Below are positions 25,501 through 38,064 of a DNA stretch of 64,000 nt, one piece after another. The notes under the pieces are model-generated. The model was not told where the DNA came from. It did no database searches and saw only the letters and a program-made list of their open reading frames with translations. The position numbers were made by a program, and so were the translations under genes. This DNA comes from Octopus sinensis (taxonomy: Eukaryota). Numbering within the stretch: the first letter of the stretch is position 1; each line of letters starts with the position of its first letter. The stretch spans positions 2,604,001 to 2,668,000 of the forward strand of contig NC_043010.1 in the NCBI RefSeq assembly GCF_006345805.1, given 5' to 3'.

Positions 25501-26494
25501 TCCCAAGGCATGCTAGAAGTGGGAACCTGGTTTGGAAATTCCAGGATTTTGTTGAGCATGGAACCACATCTTAGTTACTATTGTTTCTACACTGATCCAA
25601 AGTAGTAACAGCTTCCAGGATTCCAGCTATGGGTAACTAGAATGTTATGGAGGAAACTGTAAACATAAACCCTAACTTCTGGAACATATATATGCATAAC
25701 ACACACATACATATACATATATGTGTACATAGGTAAATGTGTGTATGTGTGTGTACACAAATAAATATATACATTTATACATATACATTGCTTTGTCATG
25801 GGCCCTGAAACCCTTAATAGTGTCATAGGGATAATGATGGATAAACAATGTGTTTTGAGAATTTTCTGATCTGGTGAAACTCACCCCTCCCAAGTTTGAT
25901 CACAGCCAATTTCTTTGAAGCAAAGAGAAGAATAAAAGTTAGAGACACAGAAAAATTAAACCAAACACTAGTGTAGGTGTGATAACTTATCTATAAACAC
26001 CAAAAACAAGTAAAGAAAAACTTACCCCAGTGTGATTTAAATACAGGGGGGAGAGAACAGTGCAATCTTTCTAACACAATTCTGACAATCAGATGCCCAT
26101 ATAGACGCACACACACACACACATACATCACCATCTAATATCATTTTCCAAGGTCATAAGGCTTGAACAATACAAAAATACCCAATGAGTCATTAAACAG
26201 TGCCTAGACCCACTTACAAATACACATGAAAAAAGAACCCTACTTGTTACAAACTGTGACTCAGGTTGATGAGGGTCATCACTACGGGTGTGGTTGCTAG
26301 TATAATTCATTACCCCTTGCACAGGCCCACTGAGTGTGTTTGGTTCTAGTGAATTGCTTTCTGGCCCTGATGTGGGTACATCAGGCATGTCAGGAGAAAA
26401 TTTGTCCCAGCATATATGAATACTTTCATATCAAGAAACCATAGATGTGGATGTGTATATATATATATACATATGCATACATACATATAGGTAT

Positions 26495-26770
26495 GTGAAG
26501 GCATATGGCTTAGTGATTAGGGTGTTAATCTCATTATCAAGCAATCGTGATTTCAGTTTCTAGACCAGGTGGTACGTTGTGTTCTTGAACAAAACACTTC
26601 ATCTCATGTTTCTCTGTGCTCACTTTGACACCTGACATGTGGTACAATGTGCACCTGTTCAGGCAACATTGATTTGATGGAGGGAGCAAGCTAATGTGCA
26701 GCATGACCAAATTATTTGTGCAGGTCATTCGGCAAAAGCGGAACACTCATACATCATCTTCAATGGGAGA
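26495..26770 (+). mobile_element. tRNA-derived SINE, family 3-like
   Basis: Head TGAAGGCATATGGCTTAGTGATTAGGG and core GTTGTGTTCTTGAACAAAACAC, similar to 8275-8620. Confidence 0.65.
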
Positions 26771-26831
26771 GTTGACTATTTACACACACACACACACATA
26801 AATATATACATACATATACATTATATATATA

Positions 26832-27052
26832 CCGGAGTAAACACATAAATGTGAAACAAGGTGGAAAAAAGAGTACTCAAATACCAGAGGTAGAGTAATA
26901 TGCTTTATTTAAAGCAGCAGAAAATTCAACAAAACCTGTTACTCTAAGTTTCCCGTTGCCGTTCATCGGACATTCTAGCAAAAACTGTCTGATGAACGGC
27001 AACGGAAACTCAGAGTAACAGGTTTTGTTGAATTTTCTGCTGGTTTAAATAA

Positions 27053-27053
<1 letters not shown>
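26832..27053. mobile_element. Short Penelope-like terminal-repeat element with inverted repeat
   Basis: Arms about 26904-26972 / 26986-27053, a hammerhead core in each arm, ~70-bp unique tail on the left, (TA)n on both sides. Confidence 0.7.
26985..27021 (+). ncRNA. Minimal type I hammerhead ribozyme motif
   Basis: CTGT-CTGATGA-A-CG-GCAA-CG-GAAAC-TCAGA-GTA-ACAG. Stem I CTGT/ACAG, GCAA tetraloop on stem II, near-palindromic stem III ACTCAGAGT. Confidence 0.8.
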
Positions 27054-27098
<45 letters not shown>

Positions 27099-27303
27099 TG
27101 AATAAGATATAATTTAAAGGTAACGTAACCATCTAAGGGATAGATGTATCCATAGGCACTCCAGGTATTACCTCAGGTAGTAAGTTAAAAGGTAAAACCG
27201 TGGTTTAATATATATAAAGATGATAAGAAATGTAGCTATAAATAACATTGAGAAGTGGATCGTTGGTGTTATAAAGTCATTATTTAATTTAAGATGTGTG
27301 TAT

Positions 27304-27380
27304 GTTTACAGCTGTTTCAGTATATGAAGCTGGGGTAAATTTGCATTTACCTCATTGCAGTTGACAGACATCATCAGAAC
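27304..27380 (-). ncRNA. Type I hammerhead ribozyme motif (antisense arm)
   Basis: Minus strand reads GTT-CTGATGA-[52 nt]-GAAAC-AGCT-GTA-AAC. Confidence 0.7.
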
Positions 27381-27649
27381 GATTATATGGCAAAGATAAA
27401 ATAGAAATAAATAGAAAGAAAAAGTGAGGAAGAGAAATTAGTTAGTTTTGTAATTCCACTTGAAACTAACTAATTATAAGACCATGGATTTAACTAACTC
27501 TCTTCTCTTCTATCCTCCAGCTGATATATTGAATTATGGACCTCACTAAAATGTAAAAACTATTGAATTAATGAACTTTTTTTCCTTTTTTCCTTTCTCT
27601 TCCTCACTTTTTCTTTCTATTTACTTCTATTTATCTTCGCCATATAATC

Positions 27650-27726
27650 GTTCTGATGATGTCTGTCAATTGCAACGAGGTAAATGCAAATTTACCCCAG
27701 CTTCATATACTGAAACAGCTGTAAAC
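27650..27726 (+). ncRNA. Type I hammerhead ribozyme motif with palindromic stem III
   Basis: GTT-CTGATGA (27653-27659)-[52 nt including hairpin GGTAAAT-GCAA-ATTTACC]-GAAA (27712-27715)-CAGCTG-TA-AAC. Confidence 0.75.
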
Positions 27727-27821
27727 TTACCCTCTTTTTAATTAAATAATGACTTTATAACAGCAACGATCCACTTCTCACTGTTATTTATTGCTACATT
27801 TCTTATCGTACATATATATAT

Positions 27822-29035
27822 GGAAAAAAGTCAAGGTAGAAAATGCTAAAATAATTTTATAAAAAACCTTTCAGTACCGGTTTCAGACATTGAGACTTTT
27901 TCAACTGTAAGTATGGAAAACAATTAAATTTTGGAAAAATTGTAAGAAAAGTTTTTTTAAAGAATATTTGCATAGTATTCAAGTACAAGGGGCATCTTCC
28001 TTGTTTCTGCCTGTCTCTGTCATTCTTGTTTACTCTTGTGGGTTTGAGGTCATTGTGAATTCTTGGCAGAGTAGAAGGAAGAGGAGCATGAGGGCTCATT
28101 GTGGATTACAGCAGTGATAAGGACTGTTTTTTAATGAATTTTTGGGTATCTCTTGAGTGTATCATTTTCAATATTTGTGTGTTTGTGTTATTCTAAGGCC
28201 ATGGGGGATATGCCGTTTGTTGTAGATGCGTTCAAAAGGGGTCTGTATTTTGTAATAAAGCAAGTCACTTTACTCATTCATTGGCTACAGGTTGTATCGT
28301 CCCTAAATTGGTAGAGGGGAAAACTTCTGAAGCTTGGACTTTTGTTATTGGCACAAATGTCGATGTGTTAGCTGAATGCTATTTTTCTGCTTTTGGGAAT
28401 TTTGATCTGGGATCTATACAGAGCCATCCTTTGTTGTAGACTATTTTTTGTTTGGCCTATTTATTGCTCTTGATACCCAGAGCAGGTTAGTGCATATATC
28501 AGGTTCTCCGAAGCACATGTCAAGCTGCTTTTCACTGTGAAACATTATCCTTGTTTGAAGGAGAACACTGATCACTCAATTAAATTGATGCATATCCCAC
28601 AGTTGGGTCTTCCACATTTTTTAACTGATGGCTTATGTTAGGAGACTTTTCATAGATTTGGGTTGTCTCTTGCTTTTTATGATGGTGTGTGTTTGGAGGA
28701 TTAAGTTCATTCTGTGGACCTTTCTTAGCAGGGGAAAGTTTTGAAGGATGGTGTCAAAGACTTCATTGTTAAGAGGGTTGTGTGTGGAGATGAATGGTAG
28801 GGCTTTTGGTTGTAAATCCTTCTTTAATTTGGGATGTCTGAGCTCATGGATGTTGGGTTGTAGGGCACATTGAGAGCATATGTCAATTGGTGAAGGTGGG
28901 TAGATCCTGGTGATGAATGTATTCTTTAGTTCATGTAGTTGTGTGTTTCTGGTGCTTGCATTAGAAACTATAGTACATATCCTTCTTGCTAGGTTGAAGG
29001 GGATATTCAGTCTGGTGTGTCTGGGGTAGGAAGAA
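27822..29035 (-). mobile_element. Neptune-type Penelope-like retroelement, 5'-truncated (RT thumb, Cys linker, GIY-YIG endonuclease, terminal repeat)
   Basis: Minus-strand translation gives PRHTRLNIPFNLA (about 29000), ALPFISTHNPLNN (about 28790), CGRPNCGIC (about 28600), FTVKSSLTCASENLIYALTCSG and *IGQT (28540-28450). Decayed hammerhead at 27872-27907. Many stops. Confidence 0.85.
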
Positions 29036-29440
29036 ATTCAAAATATTACAGCTGTTTCTGGGATATCCCCAAGTATGGGATATTTCATCATCAAAGACAA
29101 ATAGGAGGAAAAAATATGGAAAATGAGAATGGTATATATCAATAAGATGACAACATAGAAGAAGGGAGTAAAAGAATAAGGAGATGGAAAGAGAAAAGAA
29201 AAAAGAAGCATAAAAGTTCATAGTTCAACTTTCCGAAGTTATAGAAACAAGAGCATGAGTCCTTAGGTGCAATATTGTATAGATCCATAAGTGTAAGTCT
29301 TTAAGTGCAATCCTGCATATATCCATGTGGGTTAAAGTCCTGCTATAGTAGACATCCCAAGAAAAAGAATGGTAGAGGAGGTGGCTATTAAGGTGGTAAT
29401 CTGCAATGGCTCCATAACAGCAATGACCCAAAAAAGGTAT
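29036..29440 (-). mobile_element. Second Penelope-like 3' end (GIY-YIG C-terminus, CT-rich UTR, decayed hammerhead)
   Basis: Minus strand has AIADYHLNSH...HSF and WIY followed by a frameshifted IAPK(G)L-like end. Then GTCT-TTGATGA-[ATATCCC/GGGATAT hairpin]-GAAACAGCTGTA at 29043-29098. Confidence 0.6.
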
Positions 29441-29814
29441 GTTCTCAAATACCTCACACACCTTGTATATATACATCACAAACTAGAAAGTAAATTTTGA
29501 GCACAGTAAAGTTTTAAGAACACCAGACACAGATTGGATATTTTTACCTTTATAAGATGAAAAAAAAGTTGCTGTATCCACCTGCTGGCAACTTTTTTCC
29601 ATCTTATGAACATAAATTCCCAATCTGTCTTTGCTCTTCTCACAGTTTGACTGCATTTGGAATTTACTTTCTTCTCTATAAAATATCAAACACATTCAAC
29701 ACTCACAATGTTTCTTTATAACATATACATACATGTGTGAATGTGTGTAATATATATATATATATACATGTAATATAATATACACATACACACATATATA
29801 TATTCTTTTATTTT

Positions 29815-30050
29815 ATTACTTCTTTCAGTCATTTGACTGTGGCTGTGCTGGAGCACTGCCTTTAATCAAACACATCAATCCTAGAACTTACTCTTTGTAA
29901 GCCTAGTACTTGTTCTATTGGTCTCTTTTGCCAAACTGCTAAGTTACAGGAACGTAAACACACTAGCATCAGTTGTCAAGCAATGGTGGGGGGACAAACA
30001 GACACACAAAGAAAAACACATATTTATGTATGTATCTATCTATCTATCTA

Positions 30051-30081
<31 letters not shown>

Positions 30082-30240
30082 TTGATGGGCTTCTTTCGGT
30101 TTCTGTTACCAAACCCACTCACAAAGCTTTGGTCAGCCGAAGGCTTTTGGAGAAAACACTTGCCCATGGTGCAGTGTAACTGAACTTGGAATCATGTGGT
30201 TGGGAAGCAAGCTTCTTACAACACAGCCACACCTGCACCT
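29815..30240 (-). mobile_element. tRNA-derived SINE, family 2
   Basis: Full head, core, internal microsatellite and tail on the minus strand. Confidence 0.85.
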
Positions 30241-31796
30241 ATGTATATATATATATATATATATACCTACATATTCACACTTAAGCATACATACGTACAC
30301 ATATATATATGTATGACTCCCCTGAGAATTTGAAGTCCTATGCCCAAGGCAGAGGCCATGCCTATGAGGTAATAAGTTTCAGTTCCACTGCTTGACACGT
30401 TATATCTTCTACAACAGCAATAATTTGACCAATGCCTTGTGAGTGGATTTTGTAAGTAGAAATCCGAAGAAGTTTATTGGTTTTTGTGTGTATATATGTA
30501 TACACCATTATGTATTTGCTTTGATAGGTATGTATATGTGTGCATCTTTGTGCTTGTGCCTATCCCTGCATTGCTTGACACACATATACATGCATATGCA
30601 CACACATCTATATAAAAACACACATTTATACACACACATATTTATACACACACACACACACACATATACGTAGATGCACACATAAGTATACTTTTCTAGT
30701 TTTTGCTAAGTTTGATTAATTCTCATTCCATGATGAAGAAGATACTTTTATGATTTTGAGGTTGTTTTCAACTGTTGATAATTTACAATTCTTTATTTTC
30801 ATGAGACTTGATGATTAGTGTAAGATTGTAGAGTACCATTCGACCAAATGTAATAATGTTATGATTTCAAGAATTATGGGTGACTATAAATGAAATATTA
30901 ATGTCTTTGTTTTTGTTGTTGCCCTCATTCTGAGAGTTCTTCTGTAAGACATAAATTGGGATCTCTTTTGACTTCATTATGGCATGATTTATAAGTTCTT
31001 GAAGTAATTTTGTATCTGAAAGAATACCTAAAGTTCTACTAATTGTGTCTCTTGTCTGTGTTCATAACTATTGAACATATATTAGATGTAATGTTCCTTT
31101 TAGTATGGAAAGATCTAAAATTTAGTATATGCATATACACATATACATATATGTGCATACATATATACACATAGACACATATATTTACAAATATACAGAT
31201 TATACCCACACACCCACATGCACACACACATATATATACATGCAAACATACAAATACATACATGCTTGTATATATAGATAAATGGATAGATATACACATA
31301 TACATATATATATATATACACACACGTATACATACTCAACCATATTTACATATTCACATACACATATATACATATCTAAAAATCTGCATATATACATATT
31401 TAAATACCTGCATATATACCCATCTACACACACATACATAAATGCATATACACACAGCTATAAACATATACATAATTTAATATTTTGAATTGATAATTTA
31501 AGTACCATAAAATATATCCACTGTATTTAAGGTCTTGATTATAAGCATTTTGTTAAACTGCAACAAATTATAATGCAATAATTGTAAGTGGAATACGTTT
31601 GCATCGAGCAAAAATCTGACAAAATGGATTCTTCAGTGCAAAACTACTTAGAAGCATGAAAAGGAAGGAAATATTTCATTGATAATTCATCATTGAATTC
31701 TGCTCTACATCTGTTTCAATGGCTAGAAGACAAATATTTTCATTCCTATAATTATGCAGTTAATATATAAATATACATAATTTTAATGCAGATTAC

Positions 31797-31945
31797 TTGA
31801 GTTCAAATTCCGCCGAGGTCGACTTTCTTTCGGGGTCGATAAATTAAGTACCAGTTACGCACTGGGGTCAATGTAATCGACTTAATCTGTTTGTCTGTCC
31901 TTGTTTGTCCCCTCTGTGTTTAGCCCCTTGTGGGTAATAAAGAAA
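31797..31945 (+). mobile_element. tRNA-derived SINE, family 1, 5'-truncated
   Basis: GAGTTCAAATTCCGCCGAGGTCGACTTT...CGGGGTCGATAAATTAAGTACCAG...TAGCCCCTTGTGGGTAATAAAGAAA, matching the reverse complement of 62301-62460. Confidence 0.85.
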
Positions 31946-31949
31946 CAGA

Positions 31950-33100
31950 TAGCATAGTGGTTAAATATGTATCTGTTTTACCATTTTAAAATAAGTTTAG
32001 ATCAGAACCATACCAAACACATCATTTTCAATGAATTCGAGAGGGACTCTTCAGGAATAGAAATGGCAAGAAATAATGACTGTCTATGGGAATGAAGCTT
32101 TAAGTGGTCACTCATGCCAACGATGGTGTGACCAGTTTCACTTAGAAAAGTTTTCTCTTTCAGATTCGCCCCAGTCTGGACAACAGAATTTCTGTCAATA
32201 CTGAGCTTCTGAAAACGACAGTCAAAGAAAATCCAAAGTAAACTGCATGATAACCATGCAAAACAGTTTAATTCAAGTCACATTTCAATCATGAAATACT
32301 TTTACGAACTAGGAAAAGTTACTACACTTGATTAGTGGGTCCCTCATCATCTGCTTTTTCTTAGCATATAGTGTTGTCCTCTACTCATCACTGAAAAGTA
32401 GATTTGCTACTGAATCTTTCCTGAATAAAATCACACAAGCATTGTAAATTAGATTCTCTGTAAATATATCCAACAAAAACAACAAGGGTTAGTGTCCACT
32501 CTAAAAGAAGAGTCCATCCCAAAACCAGGTCTACACCAGATATAAATTTTGATGTATCTATTAGGATATGAAGAGCTCTATCTATCATGAAGTGTTAAAC
32601 TAAAATGACACAGATAATGCCAAGAGGTTTTGTCATCAATTGGAAGAATTGCATGAAAATTTACCAAAAAGAGAAAAAAAAAAAAAACTACCATTGGTCA
32701 ATCCTAAAAGGATGCTGCACTTATATGATAATGCAAGACCACATAATGCCCAAGTCACTATAGTCAGAAAACTATTTTGGCATAAATTATAGAAGTTTTG
32801 CATCATTCTGGTTTCTCCATCTGACTATCAACTTTTCAGATCATGACAACAATATTCATAAGTTGAGTTTATTTGTTGTAAAGAGGTTGAAAAGGACTGA
32901 CTGCTTTTATTTATTTATATTTTGTTTCAAAACCTGAAGAATTTTATGCCCAAGGGATCAACAATTTACCAAATGGATGGAATTATCAATAATGAGAGAA
33001 ATATAATCGTGATTAAATATGCCAATTAAGACCAAAGAAGCATTTGTTTCTTTTTCAATTTGAAATGTGACATCTTGCAAGGACTTCCATCACAACTTAA
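31950..33100 (+). pseudogene. mariner transposase remnant
   Basis: WVPHHL (about 32336), YDNARPH (about 32724) and PSDYQLFRS (about 32817); many stops and frameshifts. Confidence 0.8.
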
Positions 33101-33227
33101 TAAATAAATAAATAAATAAATAAATAGACAGATATACATAAACACACATGCATACGTATTTATATATATATATATATATATATACATATACATTCATATG
33201 TACAAAAGTTATGCCCATACAAACATA

Positions 33228-33612
33228 TTCTTTTACTTGTTTCAGTCATTTGACTGCAGCCATGCTGGAGCACCGCCTTTAGTTGAGCAAAAACGACCCC
33301 AGGACTTATTCTTTGTAAGCCTAGTACTTATTCTATTGATCGCTTTTGCTGAACTGCTAAGTTACGAGGACGTAAACACACCAGCATCGGTTGCCAAGCA
33401 ATGTTGTGGGGGGACAAACACAGACACACACACACATATATATATATATACACGATGGGCTTCTTTTTAGTTTCCATCTACCAAATCCACTCACAAGGCT
33501 TTGGTCAGCCTGAGGCTATAGTAGAAAACACTTGCCCAAGGTGCCACACAGTGGGACTGAACCCGGAACAATGTGATTAAAAACAAGCTACTTACCACAC
33601 AGCCATTCCGTG
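33228..33612 (-). mobile_element. tRNA-derived SINE, family 2
   Basis: Well-preserved copy; its head half is repeated at about 34533-34694 by the tandem duplication. Confidence 0.88.
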
Positions 33613-35585
33613 CCTATTCATATATGCTTATATGCATATGTACCTATCCATATATATGCCTATATACACACACACACACACTCACAAGCACATAAACTCA
33701 TGTTTAAACATATACCTGCACCCATACACAAATACTCATCTACTATGGGGCCATCCAGCATCAACTTTTCCTCTCCTTTTGCCTACTTATTTCTTACAGT
33801 CCTTATCTCCACAGCTTCTTTGCCTCCTCAACACCACATCACTTCTCATTTTACCCCCCTAACCAACCTACATGACACATCATTTTCATTCAAATGGCTC
33901 CCTCGGGATCTCTCTCCATCCTATAATAAGGATGCGCCATCTTTCCTCCTACACCTGTTCAAATTTGCCCCTTATTTTGGACAGCCTTAAACCACCATCT
34001 CTTACAAAATCCACCTCATCACCTTTGTCCCTTTCAATTTCTCAATCCTGTCAACGGTCCTTTCCCTTTCCTCATCTATCATCCATCCCTCTGGGATCAT
34101 TGCCCACTCTCTCATCTATTCTCTTTCAGCTACAGGTGACATTTTCAGGTGTTAACTTTGCAAGTTACAAGGCAATCATCACAAGATGACATAAAATGGT
34201 TGGCATTAGGAAGGGTATTCAGCTGTAGAAAATATGTCCAAATAGACATTAGAGCAGGACAGACCTTCAACTTGTCAAACCAAACCCTTGCTACCAAAAA
34301 AGCTGGAGTTTAAATGATGATAAATGATAAAACCACATATATTCTGTATATATATATGTCTGCATGTGAGTGTGTTCTTGTGAGTGTGTTCTTGCATATG
34401 TGCACTTTTGACATGAAATCATCACCATCAATATTTAACATTTTCTGTTATGGCACACACATGCACACACACAAGATGTTTTGAACTTGGTTTGTGTGTA
34501 TGTACACACACACACACATATATATATATATACACGATGGGCTTCTTTTTAGTTTCCATCTACCAAATCCACTCACAAGGCTTTGGTCAGCCTGAGGCTA
34601 TAGTAGAAAACACTTGCCCAAGGTGCCACACAGTGGGACTGAACCCGGAACAATGTGATTAAAAACAAGCTACTTACCACACAGCCATTCCGTGCCTATT
34701 CATAATATGCTTATATGCATATGTACCTATCCATATATATGCCTATATACACACACACACACTCACAAGCACATAAACTCATGTTTAAACATATACCTGC
34801 ACCCATACACAAATACTCATCTACTATGGGGCCATCCAGCATCAACTTTTCCCTCTCCTTTTGCCTACTTATTTCTTACAGTCCTTATCTCCACAGCTTC
34901 TTTGCCTCCTCAACACCACATCACTTCTCATTTTACCCCCCTAACCAACCTACATGACACATCATTTTCATTCAAATGGCTCCCTCGGGATCTCTCTCCA
35001 TCCTATAATAAGGATGCGCCATCTTTCCTCCTACACCTGTTCAAATTTGCCCCTTATTTTGGACAGCCTTAAACCACCATCTCTTACAAAATCCACCTCA
35101 TCACCTTTGTCCCTTTCAATTTCTCAATCCTGTCAACGGTCCTTTCCCTTTCCTCATCTATCATCCATCCCTCTGGGATCATTGCCCACTCTCTCATCTA
35201 TTCTCTTTCAGCTACAGGTGACATTTTCAGGTGTTAACTTTGCAAGTTACAAGGCAATCATCACAAGATGACATAAAATGGTTGGCATTAGGAAGGGTAT
35301 TCAGCTGTAGAAAATATGTCCAAATAGACATTAGAGCAGGACAGACCTTCAACTTGTCAAACCAAACCCTTGCTACCAAAAAAGCTGGAGTTTAAATGAT
35401 GATAAATGATAAAACCACATATATTCTGTATATATATATGTCTGCATGTGAGTGTGTTCTTGTGAGTGTGTTCTTGCATATGTGCACTTTTGACATGAAA
35501 TCATCACCATCAATATTTAACATTTTCTGTTATGGCACACACATGCACACACACAAGATGTTTTGAACTTGGTTTGTGTGTATGT

Positions 35586-35612
<27 letters not shown>
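33424..35612. repeat. Tandem duplication, unit 1082 bp, near-identical
   Basis: Identical ORFs 33872-34189 and 34954-35271 (offset 1082); junctions lie in (CA)n(TA)n tracts. Confidence 0.95.
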
Positions 35613-35624
<12 letters not shown>

Positions 35625-36364
35625 ATACATGCACAATGAAATCTGAGTATATGTACCAGTACATACATACGCTTACACATGCATGTGTATCTATGCACAT
35701 ACACACACATATACATACACAGACACACATGCATGTATATTATCTCCATGTGTAAAACACAGTGAGTGAGTGGTAGATAAATGGAATACACATACACACA
35801 GATATAGATATATATATATAGAGAGAGAGAACGATATATGAATAAGTATATGTATAGATATATAATTCCCTGATAATCTGAGAAAAAGAGATGGTGACCA
35901 AAAAATAAATACATAAATAAATAAGAGGAAAAAAATATTAAGTACTATCTGAAGAAAAAAAAGACAGAAAAAAAGAAACAATAAAGCAACGATAATAAAT
36001 GCAGTACCACTGACAACAACGACAACAACAACGCTAGAAATCTGATGTCTGTTTATAAGAAGTGCTTCATGTTTTTAACAATAATGTAATTTTTTTCTCC
36101 CTTTTTTGCCTGCATTTATGAGCAAGTGTGTGCATGCTTGCTTTCCATAGATTGTTGGTGCAATTCATGCAAGTGTGTTTGTGAGCCTGTATGTATATTT
36201 GCGAGTTTACGTGTGTGTGTGTTTGTGTGTGTTTGTGTGTGTCTGTATGTATATGTTGGTGTAATTTTTATATGAGTGTAGATAATTTTTCAGAGTTGAA
36301 AATCTCGTTACTATGGACACTTCCCCCTTCTGGCATTATATCTTCTTGTTTACATGAACAGGGA

Positions 36365-36397
<33 letters not shown>

Positions 36398-36749
36398 TTT
36401 ATATATGCATCTATATATATTTATGCATATTTACGTATGTACATATAAGTACATATATATATATACACACGCACACGCTTTTCCATACATACACAAATGC
36501 ACGCAAAGCACACATACATTATAGGAAAAAAATATAAAATATAAATGATAATAATAAATATATCTAGGTTAATCTTTGTTTATTTTTTTACTTTTTTGTT
36601 GCTAAAGAAGCATTCTGGTTTTGTCTGTGTAAAAGAATGGTATAAAAAATTCATAACCTAAGAAGGGATTATTGATTTTTTTTTTCCATCTCTACCTTGC
36701 TGCTTGGGTTGTAGATTTATAGCTTGATGTAGTTTTTATCTCAGTCATC

Positions 36750-37429
36750 CCATGTATATATATATTTATATATATATATAAGGTCTGCATGTGTATACGT
36801 GAAAATGTATGAAACAGTAATAGCAAATTTTTTTCTGCAAAAATATTTTTGTGTGCAAAAAAACATTATGCATATACACACATAGATACTTGATATACAC
36901 ATTAATATAAAGTGACACACATTTATGTGTGTGTGTATGTATATACATATATATATATACACACATATACATATATATATAATACACACCTAGGTATAGA
37001 CACACACACACATATATATATATATCTATATATACATACACATATAAACACAGATACTCAACTATACATACAGGCATATATAACGATTCATATATACAAA
37101 TATTTATATATATTTGTATACATATAAATGCAAATATTGATATTTCTACATACAAAGCCATATATCTATATACCCAAGTAACTGTATATAAAAATACACA
37201 CATACACGCTGGGCATCTTTCAGTTTCTGCTCATTGAATCCCCTCACAAGAATTTGTTGGTCCAGGGCAACATTGAAGAACACTCCTCCAAGGTGCCAAG
37301 GTGTCACGCAGTTGGATGCAATTGAAAAAATTTAGTTGGGAAGCGAAATTTTTTGCCACACATCCATTGAAAGAAATAAAAAAAATGAAAGATGCAGATC
37401 TCGATAGATATGCATTGCAAAGGTGGTTT

Positions 37430-37473
<44 letters not shown>

Positions 37474-37848
37474 TATATATATATACATATATACATACAC
37501 ACACAAATATATCTTTATTTAAATATATATATATATTTATATATACATATATATATTTAGATCAAAAAAGATAAATACGTACATTCATATATAGTTATAT
37601 ACATATGTATATATATATATGGGTGTGTGCATGCATTTAGGTGTGTGTGTATGTGTATATATACATGTATGTACATATACATATATGTATACACGTATTT
37701 ATATATATATATATTTATATATATATTTTTATATATATTTATATATATTTTTATATATATATATATATATATATTTTTATATATATATATCTTTATATAT
37801 ATATATTTTTATATTTATATATTTTTATATTTATATATTTATATATTA

Positions 37849-37879
<31 letters not shown>

Positions 37880-38052
37880 TTTTTTTTTTACATCAATATA
37901 CCTATATAAAGATAATATATATGTATTTTACATCAATATATATATATATATACAATGCTTCAAATATTTGTATGTGTATATAGATATATATACACAAACA
38001 CACACATACAAATATAAACCATATATATGTATATACAAGTATATATGTATAT
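36750..38052. repeat. (TA)n/(CA)n microsatellite field with a SINE head fragment (about 37205-37360)
   Basis: Direct inspection. Confidence 0.85.
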
Positions 38053-38064
38053 AGGACCGTCTGA

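Larger units (their letters stand above)
27100..27807. mobile_element. Penelope-like 3' end with ~215-bp inverted repeat
   Basis: 27222-27437 is the imperfect reverse complement of 27594-27807. Both arms carry CTGATGA...GAAACAGCTGTA. Confidence 0.75.
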
